Source of the DNA: Epiperipatus broadwayi
Taxonomy: Eukaryota; Animalia; Onychophora
Length of the DNA: 64,000 nt
Direction: 5' to 3'
Assembly: GCA_028023455.1 (NCBI GenBank)
Contig: JAQFVV010000011.1
Span: 868,001 to 932,000, forward strand
Below the pieces are notes generated by a model. It was not told where the DNA came from and did no database searches. It worked only from the letters and a program-made list of their open reading frames with translations. A program made the translations under genes and the position numbers. Below, piece by piece: positions 1 to 13,410 of the stretch; the stretch's first letter is position 1; the number at the start of each line of letters is the position of its first letter.

Positions 1-1339
1 GTACTTCAGAAACTATTTTTTTGACTTGCAGAACTCTTACTAATTCTAATGCAATTTCATTTACTAACTACATTTTCTTCATGTTAAATACATTAAAACC
101 ATTGGCATTTTTTTCTTAACTTTTATTTCTTTCAAAAGTTTGATATAGTAGTTATTTAATAAAATATTTTCTAAGCATAATTTAAGAATATTCATAATTT
201 ATTTCATAAGTCATATAATGAAAGGTATCGATTTGTAATGAAAAAAATTATGTTTAGAAACAGGAAGTATGCTTAAAAAAAGAGAGAATCATCTATTAGA
301 AATATAATGAGCAGAGAAAAGCATATACATACATGATGTTTGTGCTAGAGAAATGGGGAAAAATATAACCATGTTAGAAGATAATTTTTGGCAGAGTAGT
401 AAATTTGTAGATAGATGAAAGTAAATTTCATTAATGACAAAATCGTAAGATTCAGTTTCTGCTCAACAATTCCTTATTTCTAATCAGATTCTTGACTCAT
501 CTCTTTCTAACAAATGATAATCTCATGACCAATCTTCAATAACTAGTATTTCTCTACTGAAAATAGGTTTAGTAAAAAATAATTGTCTTAATAATTGCTA
601 TTGATATAAGTAAAATGTAAAAGGACTTAAATAATCAACTAAACAGAGACCTTAAGCCTTCTAAGAACAATGAAGGAAAAACAACATTATTCATCGGGTT
701 AGTTAAATGCTAAGTGATGATTATTTCAGCAGTTTGCTTTCCTTTTTCATTTTTTTATTTAAGAATAGTTAGATAAGTATTTTTTAGGTAAAATGAGTTG
801 GCTACAGGTAACCTTTTTGTGAAAAAAATCCTATGCTTGTTTGAAAATTCTTAAATATAGTGACAAAAATTTCATTGAGATTCAAATCCTAAATGGTGAG
901 TGGTGGACTGATGCACTAATCATTATTATGGTAAGATCTTTTAAAGACACACACACATATCTATATTTTGTTCTCCAGTTAACAATAATCTCAATATTGA
1001 ATGAGTATCGGTTTTGACTATAGACCATACCACCTATAATTCCGATTAGAATCTGAAAAATTATCCAGATTTAACTCAGCCCAAGTTTGAACCCAGGTTC
1101 TGAACATAAAAGGCAGATGAACTACTACTATCAGCAAGATTATTTAGGGATGCATTTCAAAAAAATAAAAATAAAACAAAAGACTGATAGAAATTAACAA
1201 CTATAGTATAAATATCTTAATCAGATTATTATTATAGATGAAAACATAATGGACAAAATTAGCCAGAATCCAATGTTTTTTTATGAAAATAACATTAAAA
1301 GTAGATATGCCCATGTGTTTAAAAGCAAGTTTATTTTAA

Positions 1340-1568
1340 TAAACCTTTTTACTAACGATCAAATATCTGAAATGGTAATAAATGAACTATTAACATCTTA
1401 CATTGAATGCTTAGAAATTGAAAAGACATAGAAAGAAATCATGATTGAGGTAGATGAATGGAATAAGGAAGTTTGCTGGAGTAATTTGAGAAGTTGCAAA
1501 CTGGATAAACTAGATTAGACTGGGAGAGTTTTGTCCTGCAGTAGATAGATAAGAGTGATGATGAAGAC
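1340..1568 (+). mobile_element. Decayed 3' end of RTE-type LINE
   Basis: Similar to 36870-37225 (gatgaatggaataaggaagtttgctgg...tttgtcctgcagtagat), ending in a (GAT)n-like tail. Confidence 0.6.
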
Positions 1569-1909
1569 ATGAATTTATATTAGTGTTAAATATTTTAAAT
1601 GTTACCAAATGTATATACTGAAAGTGTATTTTAAATACAATAGAAAAAATTCAGACTATTTTATCGAATATATAAAACTTTCAAAAACACCTTTCTATCA
1701 TGTTATAGCCATTGCATCTAATTGCCCAAAAGTGGAAATCAAATTCATTGGACTAAAAATTCAGCCCATGTCTGCAGATGGTTCTTGGTTTGGGAAATCA
1801 GTTAACTTTAATTTAGCGATCTTTAACATTTAATTCTGACATTTCACGATCACACCAAAGCCCATAAAATTGAAATAATATGAATTCTTTTTAATAACTA
1901 TACTGCATT

Positions 1910-2020
1910 TTGTTGTTAACCGGGAGGTCATCGCAACCGCCTTGCAAGCAAGTAGTTGGTTGCAGACGGTTGTGGGTTTGCGTCCCGGCCGATGCTATGA
2001 CATATGAAAAAAAAAAAAAA
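1910..2020 (+). mobile_element. Short tRNA-derived SINE (family D)
   Basis: A-box-like start, T-arm-like gggtttgcgtcccgg, family 3' end ccgatgctatgacatatg followed by poly(A); five other copies in window. Confidence 0.8.
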
Positions 2021-2929
2021 CTATATTTAAAAAGAAATAAAATTTAGCGAATGAAAATAAAAATTTGGAAATTATTTTAATATAAACATCAATATTTTAA
2101 ATAAAAACAAACAGGAACGAAACAAAAATTCTGATAAATAAACTTAAAAGATCGTGCCAAACCTTTATTTATTTATTTTATATATTTAAAAAAATCAATT
2201 TCAAGAAAATAAAAGATTATACAATCATATTCATTACACTACAAAAGAACGAGTAACAGAGTATTTCTGTGAATTAAAAATACAATAACGGAAATGAAAA
2301 TAAAACGAAACATAAGAATAAGATTTATCAGGCAAATAAATTTAATAATGATATATACCTCATTCCTACTAAATTTATTACATTGTTGAGTCAACTCATA
2401 AAATGAAAAAAAACAATTTTTTTTTTAAAAAAAATAATATATTCAAATTCATCAACATTTGCATAAACAATATGCATTTCATCACAATATTATAAATAAT
2501 TTTTATTTAAAGTAACAAGGGTTTAACATTAGCTTTGGATGCAGTCATGAAAATAATAATTACAGCAGATTATAAATAGTATTCCGAACTTTTTAAACTA
2601 AAGCAAAATTTTTTAAAAAAGCTAATGGTTTTTAAATTACTATATATACTAGATAAGTTAACTAATGGTTTTTTTTGCTCGGAAGTTCATAAAAGTTCGA
2701 GCCTCGTTTCGAGCGTCAGAAGATCAAGCGCCAAAATCCATTCTTAGGCAATTCCAAGTCGGATGCTCTAGTACCGCAGCAAAAGCAATATAGCAATTAA
2801 ACAAGAACACACACACACAAACATAATCAAAACATATACATAATCAAGATTGAAATAGAAAAATAATTAATTAATGACAATAATTACATCAAATTAGGAT
2901 TTCAGGAAATGCTTCTAATACTGTTTATG

Positions 2930-3480
2930 GGCTTTATGGAGCATATATACAAAACAAGGAATTTATGAGGTGATACCTGGCAATTCTCATTTAGAACCAA
3001 TTCATGCCTGATCTGTATTTTCATATTTGGATGCTTCCACAATGCATTGCAATTCTAAATCGTAGTAAAGCGCTTGTGCAACTTTTTTTTTTTTTTGGCA
3101 CTATAATCTGCTATTTAAACTCTACTTTTATAGTAATATTTAATGATCTTGCCTTAGGCATGTTATTTTCAGCAATACAATTACCATGATATTTATCCAT
3201 AATTTTGATTACTTTTAATTCTTTGCCTCAATAGATATACCCTCTTGTAGAAATACATCATTTTCTAATCATCAATAAAATATTTCAACTTGGGAATATC
3301 TCCAAGCATCATAAAACAAACACCAGAAATCTCAGCAAAAACACAATCATCATTCCAAGAGAAATGGGCAGTTAATTTCAATGTCACAATTATTCTCAAT
3401 CTTTTGATCTTAGTGCTTGGACAGATTTTGGAAAGCTGGGTTAAGATGCTAACATTCAATACAAATGTGACTAATTGACA
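2930..3480 (-). mobile_element. Possible highly decayed LINE endonuclease region
   Basis: Minus-strand fragments MMLGDIPK and LWKHPNMKIQIRHELV resemble the GDFNA and TW.HP...NQIDYIL motifs of APE endonucleases; many stops. Confidence 0.3.
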
Positions 3481-5829
3481 GACAATATAATTCGCTTACA
3501 AAATCAATAGTTACGCAAAATCATGAAATTGCTGAATAAAAAAATACAAAATAAATTCTTTGTAGTTATGGGAGTTTTATGGCGAAACTAAAGGTAAATG
3601 CCTTGAACAGTTTGTTATGGTGATAAAGCAATGAGCTTAAGAGATGAAAGTTCCTGATTTGATTTTTTAGCTGATTAATTATCCAAAATCTTTAAATTCA
3701 ATTGTTTAAACCTGTTTGATAATCAAATAATCTGAGATATTTAGTATAATATTTAGCTAAAGTAATCTATAATCCCAACTATCTAGATCTGAAATGGAAT
3801 CATTATATGGTGAGTAATGTCAAAAACTCAATCATACCTGACACATCAATTTCACGGATTTCAAATTTAGGCAAAAGAACTTTACATGCAAGCTTAGGAT
3901 TTTTTTTTTTGATGTAGGCAGCCAGCTTATAGTCAACCCAAATAACTATTCAATACTGATTGGTAAATGGCTGTCTACCTATTTTTAGCTAGAGGAAAAT
4001 GATCTCAAATTAATCTGTACTAATTTGATGAGTGTTACCATTTACAATATGATGCAGTTTTTTACTTCTAATAGTGAGATGTCACATTCCTACAGGTGTT
4101 TAGCTCAAATTCATCTTTAATTTTTTAACTAACAAACAAAAATATTGGTCTTTGCATATAATAAAAATCACATATCTAATTCCATATATATATATACCTG
4201 CAAAACAATAACAGGTTTGGAATAGGGTTCTTCAACAACAGAATAGACAATACAATAAAAATTGGAATCATTTTTTTAATTTAAAAAACACCTTACCAGA
4301 CTACCAAAACATGACTGAAACACACAGATATACATACCCCACCTACTTTTATCTATATAACATCTCAAATAAGGCTAATAAATTCCAAATATATTTTTAA
4401 AATGCAGAAAAGAAACAAACTTGATATAAAGAGAACAAAACAGAGTATCAGAAAAAGAATATAAGAAAAAACACAGTTTAGTAAAATTACTAAATTAAAA
4501 AATTGAATAAGTAATCGAAAAAGAAAGATGATACATGAAAAAATCATACATCTACATAGCATCCAAAAGATGCAAAATATGAAGAGATAAAAAATATGAC
4601 TATAAAGACCAAAAAGTTGATAAGATGCTGCTTTATTTCCAGACAATACATTGTTTAAACAACGTTTTTTTTTTTAAAAAAAAAGAAGAATTGGAGATGG
4701 ATACAGAGATCATCGGTAATACCGAGTTGATAAAAGCTGACAACAATTATCTTAAAAGTAAATAAATAAACAGTATTGAGTAATTCTAAAAAAATAAAGA
4801 TTCAACTGATAGCACAAATAAATAAAAATAAAAAAAGGTATAAAATCTTGATATCACTACATTAAAAAGATTTATTTAGAAGTCTTCCTAATTGTGAACA
4901 TATATGTATGTTGTATTAATTATATTCTTCATAATCAGTAATTTTAATATACTGACCTTAAGACAAGTCATGAACTTTAGTTTTTAGATAAAATTAGCTG
5001 CCATCGCAATATTTAAAATGCTTAATAATATCAGTTCTTACAAGTCTGAAAAATATGATTAGTGTATCATATAGCACTATTCAGAAAGCAAACTTAAAAG
5101 TTAATAAATCATTATGACAAAGTTTTTGGCTAGACAAAGTTTTTGGCTAATGGAAACATCATATTTTTTCTATGATCAGCTAATAAAAGCAATATATTAT
5201 TTATTCAATGAACAGCTGATTATTATTGGTTGCATTTTGATATGAAATCTTTCTAATTATATGGTCAATATTAGCAAAGCCCATTATAATGCAGGAATGA
5301 ATATTGGCCACACTCAGCATAAAGCAGAATAAACCATGCTTTGTTTATAAAATTTCTTGTGCTGAATTTTTTTTCTCTTTCTAAGGGTTGGGGGAGGGGG
5401 AATAAAAATTAGTCAAATCTGAGCATCTTTGGGTATAAAAAGTTTCCTTTCAGCTATAATGTATCCTTTTTCAGTTGACTCTAATTTTTCTCTTTCTATA
5501 TATATTAATCCCCTCAAAGTTATAAAAAGATAATAAATTGGGTATGTATTTTATAAAAGTATAATTTTCCTATCGATTCCCTAAAATAAAATGTTCTTTG
5601 TTAAAACAGATGCTTATCAATAAAAGAAAGTATAACTTGAAACTTTATATAAAACATATTTCAGAACTTATTAAAATGCAAAGAGGGTCAAATAAATTCT
5701 ATATTTTTGTATATTAATATTTCTAATATTAAGAACATCTGAAAAATAATAATAATGATTCTAAAATAATTATAATTGAATACATAAACATTACCTCTTT
5801 TGTTTTGTCCTTTGCAAAATGCCATATAA

Positions 5830-6025
5830 AATATAAATAGTCAAAATAAGAGTCATAGATCACATGACTCTATTCTCTTAAGCTTGTAAGTTATAAACAA
5901 TGAGGATTGCCAATTTCTCAACAAGTTTTGTGATAAATGCTTAGCTAGAGATATTTTAAATGCTTTCTCTAGTAAGCATTTATCACAAAGCTTGTTGAGG
6001 AATTGGCAATCCTCATTGCCATATA
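5830..6025. mobile_element. Family C fragment as fold-back (no hammerhead retained)
   Basis: Matches 33000-33130 in reverse, then inverts: aatgaggattgccaatt...ataaatgctta / taagcatttatcac...ttggcaatcctcattg. Confidence 0.75.
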
Positions 6026-6788
6026 AGATAGTTTCTCTAATGCAGCCTGTACCTTATGACATATTTTTGGATGCTTTACTATTATTATATCAAGATGAAG
6101 TTCCCAATTTTATGTATGTAAAATCTACTATACTGTAATTATAGATTTTGTCAATAGATAAAACCTCTTGTCTTTAAAAAATATATTTGCATAGTATCAA
6201 TGATTAACTATAAATAGGAAGACAATAACTTCAAAGCAACCCATTATTGGTATATTATATGCAAAATATCTAAAAAAAATAAACAATTTTTGTTTTGTTT
6301 ATTTAAAATATTAATATATATATAATATTTAATAATCTTGACTTTATTTATATGACACATCTGCCTTCAGCAAAATATGAGCATTATGACTCTGGCCTTT
6401 GTGATCGAAAGCATGCTCAGTGAGATGAAGTTGTTTAATAGATATTTAGCTTTTTTGTGGCAAGCTTTTTAAATGTTTATAAATAAATTACAATTATTTA
6501 ATAAATAAATAATATGTGTATTTAAATTAATTTTATACATAACTTGAGGTGGGAAGTAATTATCAGACGATTGACTTTATTTAGGAATTCTCTTTTTTTG
6601 AGTTTGTGACAATATTTATCACTTCCTAAAATTAAAACATTTTTCAAAAGTTACTATTTTTTTTTGTTATTTCAAATGTATATATCTATATGTCATTGCA
6701 ATAAAATATTTGTATTTTCCTACAAACCCCCGTAAACAGATTACTTTATTGAAAACTCATAAGTAATGGGGAAAAAATCTTTTTTTAT

Positions 6789-7102
6789 GGGCTTTGAACA
6801 TTCCATCATTAGGCTGAAGAGTTGTGGTTGGAGTAGTTTGAAGACTGTCCATTAAAGTATGAAGATTGGCTATCTTAATATAAAGCTGAGCACTGACTGT
6901 ATATATGTATGAGGATAGTAATCTGGACCAACTGATGATTGCTGGTTTAGCATGAAATACGTATATTGGTGATTATTTATCTTTTCAACATGTGAATGAT
7001 CAAGTGGGTCAGCAGTATGAGATGGCATTGAGGGTTGTGTGAAAGTCTGAGTTTGAATCCCTTATATTACATTATACATGTGCAGGTGTGTGTAAGCCTG
7101 TA
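6789..7102 (+). mobile_element. Hammerhead retroelement family A, copy 1
   Basis: About 310 bp shared with nine other loci; contains hammerhead at 6927-6970. Confidence 0.9.
6927..6970 (+). ncRNA. Type I hammerhead ribozyme (family A), intact core
   Basis: ACCAA-CTGATGA-TTGCT GGTTT AGCAT-GAAA-TACGTA-TA-TTGGT; stem III ATACGTAT is a palindrome; predicted cleavage after 6965. Confidence 0.85.
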
Positions 7103-7676
7103 TCGTATATTAATTTAAATACAAAATGAAAAACAGATTAATATTTAAACCAAGAAATATGGAATAATGATCAAACAAGTGAACTTCATTTGGTTCAGCC
7201 AATAATCACAAAAATAACAACAACTAATTGATTAATGTTAAGTAAATGTTAACAGTACTTGAAATTAGTTTATAAATAAAGTCATTAAAATCCACATTTG
7301 CAAAATTAGTTTTAGATTTATATATAGAGTACTACTAAAGATGAAGTTGCATTATCTTTATTTAAACTGAAAAAGCATTACGTAAAAACTAGATATCCAA
7401 AATCTGATTTTAAAAATATTGATGATAACTTTTAAAAAATATTTTCCAGTCAATTCACATATAACTTTTCATCTCTATATATATAATCTATGTGAATGTT
7501 TGTCTGAAATTCTGTTCATGTGTTTCCTGTGAATGATTGTCCACAAGGTTGTCACACGTTTCCTGTGAATGTTTGCCTACAAAGCTGACACATATTAAAT
7601 TATTACAAAGAATATTTTATGTGACGATCCACTATTAATAAACTGTCATAACACTGTCAAATTCACATATCAAATA

Positions 7677-8103
7677 TATTAAAACTGGAAAAAACTCTCT
7701 ATACATTTTGCCATTCAGTGCAAGCAAGAGTAATCGATGCATGCCAGAAGGCTTGTGCATTAAATCCCCATCTAGTGCCTATTCATTCAATGTCCTCAGA
7801 CTAGTTTCTGGCTTGTGGCCTATGTCAGTGAGGAGCCTTGGATCTGAGAGCATTACACCCATAAAATACCCATCTAGTGCCTACTCATCCAATATCCCCA
7901 GACTAGTTTCTGGCTTGTGGCCTTCATTAGTTTGGGGATATTGGATGAGTAGGCACTAGATGGGGATTTTATGCACAAGCCTTCTGGCATCCATTGATTA
8001 CTGCTTGCACTGAATGGCAATACATGTAGAGAGTTGTTGCCTGTTTTAATAACAGTTATAAGTAAACATAAGAAATGGTGACCATTTGATGTTTATTGGC
8101 TTA
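7677..8103. mobile_element. Hammerhead retroelement family B, rearranged inverted copy
   Basis: Antisense segment with two mutated cores (7793-7834 CTGACAT; 7895-7930 CTAATGA), then fold-back to sense ending gatgtttattgg. Confidence 0.85.
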
Positions 8104-9176
8104 ATATCAAATAGAACAGGTAACAATGGTCTTTCAGGTCAGCTACATTCCTCACATTAATTTATATAATATTAAAATCTTTTGTTTAATTTACATTAAA
8201 TTTTTTTAAAAATTTTGATAAAGCAACCAATTAAAATTTTTTTTTACAAATATTACATTTAATAATGTGAAACAAGTAATTCTGTCAAATTTGCATAAAA
8301 TGACATCTGGTATATACATATAGTTTTGGACAGAAACTTTGTTTAGTTTTTGCTTCAGGCTGTTGCTATTTGTCTTCAGATGCCAATGGACATCTTACAA
8401 TTATGCCAAAGTTAAATTAAGATACTTATATAAATTTGGTTCATAAGCAAGTAACCTCATTATGGATTTTATACTTAATTATTCCTATAGTGTTTAATTA
8501 CAGACTTTTTTCTTTAACTTTCTTTTATTCAATTTCTTATTTTTCAATATCTTCACTATTTTTTAAATGCTCAAATTAATACAGTTTATCTATTTTTTGC
8601 ACTCTTTCAAGCAATTTCATTTTATTCTATTTCAGGTGAAACTACAGACATCATCAGGGATAAATATTTTTTGACATCGTGATAAATATCAACTTCAAAT
8701 GCATTTTATTTTTTGTATTTCAAATGATTTCTTTTATGATTGATTTAAGATTTTAAGGTTGCTTTTTAAATTGTTTTATTATTATATATGTTTATGTATA
8801 ACTGTAATCATTTGAAATAATTAAACAGAAGGAAAAAATAAATTGCTTGGAAAAAATCCAAAAAACAGAAGTGGTGACGAGTTATTTCACCTTATTATTT
8901 TCTTTTGATTAATAACTTTAAAACTTTAATTAGTTATTAGTTTGTAACGATTATTTAAAATATTTCTAAAATGAAACTTTTTCAAAAAATAAACCAGGAA
9001 TTGTATTTCTCCATTATCTATATGTTCATTAAACCAACTCGTAAACAGAATTTTGAATTTAAACAAATAAATTAAAAATAAAAATATTCAAAAATAAGAT
9101 ACCAATGTTTAAAATATTGTTTTAAAAAATTAATAACAATTACAATAATAAATTTCAATGGACTTATACAATTCTA

Positions 9177-9590
9177 GACAGGGCTGCTATATGTGGATGT
9201 ATACGTTGGGACCTCACATAAAAGCGCTACATCAAGGGAATACTATGCCGCCATGATAATTAGTGAAGTTTATATGTAAATGCAAATATTTAGATTTCTG
9301 AATCACTCCACTGACAGAACCATCTTCTGATTGTAAATATTTTTTTATTAAAATATAAATTGATTACGTTTTTGCTTATTCTTGTGACAATTGCTCAAAA
9401 TATGCTACATGTTATATACTCTTTCATGGCATTAAACGAACAGAATATGTCAGTAGTTTAGAATAGATCATTCAGAAGAGATTATTTTAAAGATATTAAA
9501 CTGTTGTAATAGATTCCTTTTAAAAAACTAACTTATTTAAATATTATAATTTATATAAAAATGACACATTACTATTAAGTGATAATATAG
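9177..9590 (+). repeat. Unclassified dispersed repeat F, copy 1
   Basis: Diverged match to 34021-34430 (cagggctgctayatgtgg..., ttctgattgtaaatattttttt, aaaatgacacattacta). Confidence 0.6.
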
Positions 9591-9616
9591 CGATTTATAC
9601 AATTATGAAATATAAG

Positions 9617-9770
9617 TTAACTACTTTTCATGTGTGCACTATAAGAATAGACACACACTCTCACATCAACAAATGTTTTAAAAGCATAGGTGGCACTACG
9701 CATTTGAAACATTTGTTGGTGGAAGAATGTGCATCTATTCTTATGGCGCATGTGTGAAAAGTAGTTGACT
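9617..9770. repeat. Imperfect fold-back hairpin
   Basis: agttaactacttttcatgtgtgc...caacaaatgttt is complementary to aaacatttgttgg...gtgtgaaaagtagttgact. Confidence 0.75.
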
Positions 9771-9869
9771 TACACAATATTAATGATTTATTTAAAAATA
9801 AACTTATTTAAAAAATATTGCCTCCTAATAATTATAGTAATTCTGCAATATATTATACAACAATTATAT

Positions 9870-10239
9870 CAGTGTTTCCCAAAATGTGTTGTGCAGAACA
9901 TTGGTGTTCCACAGAAAGTCAATAAGTATTCTATGATATTAAAGGAATTTATAATTCAAAACCCAAAAACATCCAAGTCATTAAAAACATTATTGATTAT
10001 TTATTTGTTTTTTTGTTATTGTTTATTGGTTTATTATTATTAAGAGTTCTGTTTTGTATAACTAAAATTTTGGAATAAATGTTTATTTTCTTTTTTAATT
10101 CTTATAATTGTTTACGTGCAGTATTTGTTATTAAAACTTAAAAATTCAAACTTGGCTTTCTATTACAAAAACCAAAGTGTTCCATTAAAATTTTAGGACT
10201 TGTAAAGTGTTCCACAATAGAATAAGTTTGGGAAAGCTG
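9870..10239. mobile_element. hAT-like MITE
   Basis: Termini cagtgtttcccaaa / tttgggaaagctg; flanking 8-mers match only 5/8. Confidence 0.6.
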
Positions 10240-10477
10240 AATAATCCTAATACATAACTACATTTATCATCACATTTTATAAATCCCATTACTTCCTACA
10301 TGCTATAGCACAGTGGATAGTCTCAGATTCTGTAATGTGGGAATCCACATCAATTCCAGTATTATCTTGAGTATTTTTTAATACAGATATATATATATTT
10401 AAACACTAATGTTATCTTTTTTTTAATATCAATATTTTTTTATGTTTTATTCATATGTAATATAGGGAGTGTACCAA

Positions 10478-10700
10478 TAGCTCAAACAAGCTCTTATTTA
10501 ATAAGTGCAGTAAGATAAAATATTTAAAATCTCTATCTAGAATATTCCTATCCCCAGACCAATTGGTTTTGAGCTTATGGCTCACCTCATATGTTTCCCT
10601 TAAATTTGGACTATTATGGGGTTTGTTAACCTAATTAAAAACTTCTAATTGATCCATAATATTACTCAGATATATCTGAAAATTGTTTTTAATTGCAGGT
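10478..10700 (-). mobile_element. Family C2 copy with degenerate hammerhead
   Basis: Similar to 59310-59430; minus strand reads ATGAGGT-GAGC CATAA GCTC-AAAA-CCAATTGG-TC-TGGGG (core mutated). Confidence 0.65.
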
Positions 10701-11084
10701 CTATCGATCGCTCAAATCAAATTTAAGAAAAATAGAATTAGTAAAAAACCCATAATTTTTTAAAAAGATATTATCTGCTAAAATATTCTTTACAAATTTT
10801 ATTATATTGACATTATCATTTAATGCTATTATGTTGATTGTAACAATCATATAACATTATTTAAAATCTCTTCTAAATGGTCACACTATTGGTTCCTAAA
10901 ACATTTATTATCCAGAAGAGCAAATGCATGCTAATATCTTTTGAAAATTTATTAAATATTAAAAAAAATGGATTATATATAATAAAATATAATATGTACA
11001 TTTTTGAAAAACAAGCCTATAAAAAATTAAATAATAAAGTAGTATAAATATTTTATTAATGAACCAACATAAGGGAAGAGAACT

Positions 11085-11215
11085 TTGTTAATAGAAAATG
11101 TAAACAAGTTATTCATGAGATTCTGAATCAAATGAAAAATAACTAATATGTCTTGAAATAAACAATAACTATTTTTAATAAATTAATTGATATGCTAATG
11201 GAATCTAAGAATTAT
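11085..11215 (+). repeat. Unclassified dispersed repeat I, copy 1
   Basis: Diverged match to 35330-35440 (tgttaatagaaaa...gagattctgaat...ggaatc). Confidence 0.5.
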
Positions 11216-11605
11216 TGTACTCCAGAAAAAATAATGGAGACAAACCAACATATAAGGTATAGAGAACACAAAGAATTGTGTTTTTCATCATAATGCAGTC
11301 ATGTTTTTGGCCCAGTAAAAGTTAATATGGTATGTTCAGAGAGAGATGACAGAAAGCACAAAATTAAGAAGGCTTGGCTTATCACTCCCAACTCTCACAT
11401 GATCAACAAAAAAGAATCATGCATACTATTATGAAAGAAATAGAATATGTAAATTAAATATTTAGATAATTGTTAGCATATTCAAATATTATTTATCCAT
11501 TGCATAGACAACATACTACATCCTGTTGTAATCACTAGAGCTATGAATCTGGATGTAAATGTTGAAAACATGCTCAGCAAGTTAAATGCTTTATAAGTTT
11601 ATATC

Positions 11606-11706
11606 TTTTTTTTCATGTATCATAGCATCTGCTGGGAAATGAACCCGCTAACCTGGGACAACTGCTTGTAAGGCAGCTGTGCTGACCACTCGACCACTAA
11701 TGTGCA
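11606..11706 (-). mobile_element. Short tRNA-derived SINE (family D)
   Basis: Reverse complement gtggtcgagtggtcagcacagctgccttacaagcagttgtcccaggttagcgggttc...gatgctatgatacatg(A)n. Confidence 0.85.
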
Positions 11707-12068
11707 AAATGTGGTGTAATTAAAGAATTAAATAAAATTTTATAGAATTCACTTGGTTTTACTTTACAAATTTCATTTCATGGAATTGGGGGCACTGGAA
11801 TTTAATTTACTTAAATATGCTTCTTACCAACAAGATGTCCCTAACACTAATAAAAAGTAGTAAATATTAAAACTAATAAAGCATTTCTTAGATAAAATAA
11901 ACTATTCTTCCAGTACATCTATTAAATGAGAGAGAGAGAGAGAGAAAAGATAATGCAAAAATGTCTTGCTAGATATTAAAATAAAGATAAAATGATATCC
12001 ACAGATACACAACACTTAAAAAAGAGAGGGAAAAAAAGGTTACATGAATAACTAGTCAGCATGCTCAC

Positions 12069-12164
12069 CTCAGATTCAAGAAGTCTTCCCTTCAATTATC
12101 AGGTTGTTAAAAAATTCTGAGATTTAATCAGATCCAGTTTGTTCCAAGACCCTTCAAAAGACAC
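12069..12164 (-). other. Candidate 96-nt spliced exon, probably non-coding
   Basis: Acceptor tttggtttgttttcag| and donor gag|gtgagc on the minus strand; stops in all three frames. Confidence 0.35.
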
Positions 12165-12663
12165 CTGAAAACAAACCAAATTATATTTTACAGAAGAGTA
12201 AAAACTGCAACTAAATGTTCCTGAGTAGTATGAAAAATAATAACACCACAACAAACTGATTAATTCTAAAGATAACAATGATGATGATGATCATGGTTTT
12301 TAAAGGAAAAAATCAATCGAGGCACTAAACATTAACTACAAAATTTTTTGTATAGACTCAAAATATTTTTTGATTATTTAAACTTTTACACATAACATTG
12401 AGAATGCACAATTATCAAATTACAATACCCTCATTGATCAAATAATATTGTCTTCAATATTTCATATACAAGTATAAATTATTAAGAAAGAGTCAATTAG
12501 GTAGATAATCCTTAAATATTTATAGCATTTAATTATGTTTTATTAAGAACTAGACACATAGGCATTATGCAGTATTCAGAGAATATTCGCTTATTATATT
12601 AGCATTAAGTAAAATTAGTTCCATGTTATTATTTTATATAATTTATTTTAATTAATTATAATT

Positions 12664-12770
12664 CCCTGCGTGGTTTAGTGCAATGATAGAAGAGTAATCT
12701 AAAGCTCAAAGCTCAAGGTCCATAAATCATAGCTCTAGCCCATCTCTTCCAGCACTCAACTTCTTATCAA
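12664..12770 (+). repeat. Old tRNA-like SINE (family H)
   Basis: gcgtggtttagtgcaatg...agctcaaggtccat...aacttctta, also seen near 21208 (+), 25335 (-) and more weakly at 33420 and 61540. Confidence 0.45.
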
Positions 12771-12805
12771 AAACCCATTTAATTATTTTATATATAATTA
12801 TACTC

Positions 12806-13410
12806 ATTAAAACAGACAAAACTCTCCATACCGTAGTGCCACTCAGTACAAGCTAGAGTAGTCAATGGATGCCAGAAGGCTTGTGCATGAAATCCCTATC
12901 TAGTATCTTCTACTCATCCAATATCCCCAGACTAGTTTCTAGCTTGTGGCTTTCATCAGTGATGAGCTTTGGATCTGAGAGCAGTGCACCTAGATCTTAG
13001 GATCTAATGCAGCCCTCCAGCAGCCACCTTTCATCTCTACTTAACTACAAAACTATAAGAATAAAATTGAAAACACAATATTTTCAATCCAATCTCGTTA
13101 GCTTATATAGCCATATAGGTCTGAACTCAGTTCAGTACCCATACTTTTGGCGTCTTTAAGAACTATAGCCACCACTATCCTATTAGGCAGGATTAGTAAA
13201 CCACTAAACATCATATGATCACCATTTCTTAAGCATGCTCATAACTGTTATTAAAACAAGCAAAAACTCTTTATACATTATTGTCACTCAGTGCAAGCAT
13301 CCATTGATTACTCTAGCTTGCACTGAGTGACACTACTGTATGGAGAGTTTTGCCTATTTTAATAAGTTATGAGCAAGTATAAGAAATGGTGATCATGTAA
13401 TGTTTAGAGA
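12806..13410. mobile_element. Family B, longer-than-monomer antisense copy plus inverted sense end
   Basis: attaaaaca.gcaaaaactct recurs at about 12806 and 13249 (period about 443 nt); switches strand at tgcaagc|atcc near 13297. Confidence 0.9.
12924..12965 (-). ncRNA. Type I hammerhead ribozyme (family B), intact core
   Basis: TCATCA-CTGATGA-AAGC CACAA GCTA-GAAA-CTAG-TC-TGGGGA. Confidence 0.7.

Noticed and set aside
788-931. Plus-strand small exons with strong donors
   Set aside because: Could not be chained into a consistent reading frame with other candidates (3810, 8637, 30630)
6380-6425. Hammerhead-like GAAA-GCATGC-TC
   Set aside because: No CTGANGA core or paired stems upstream
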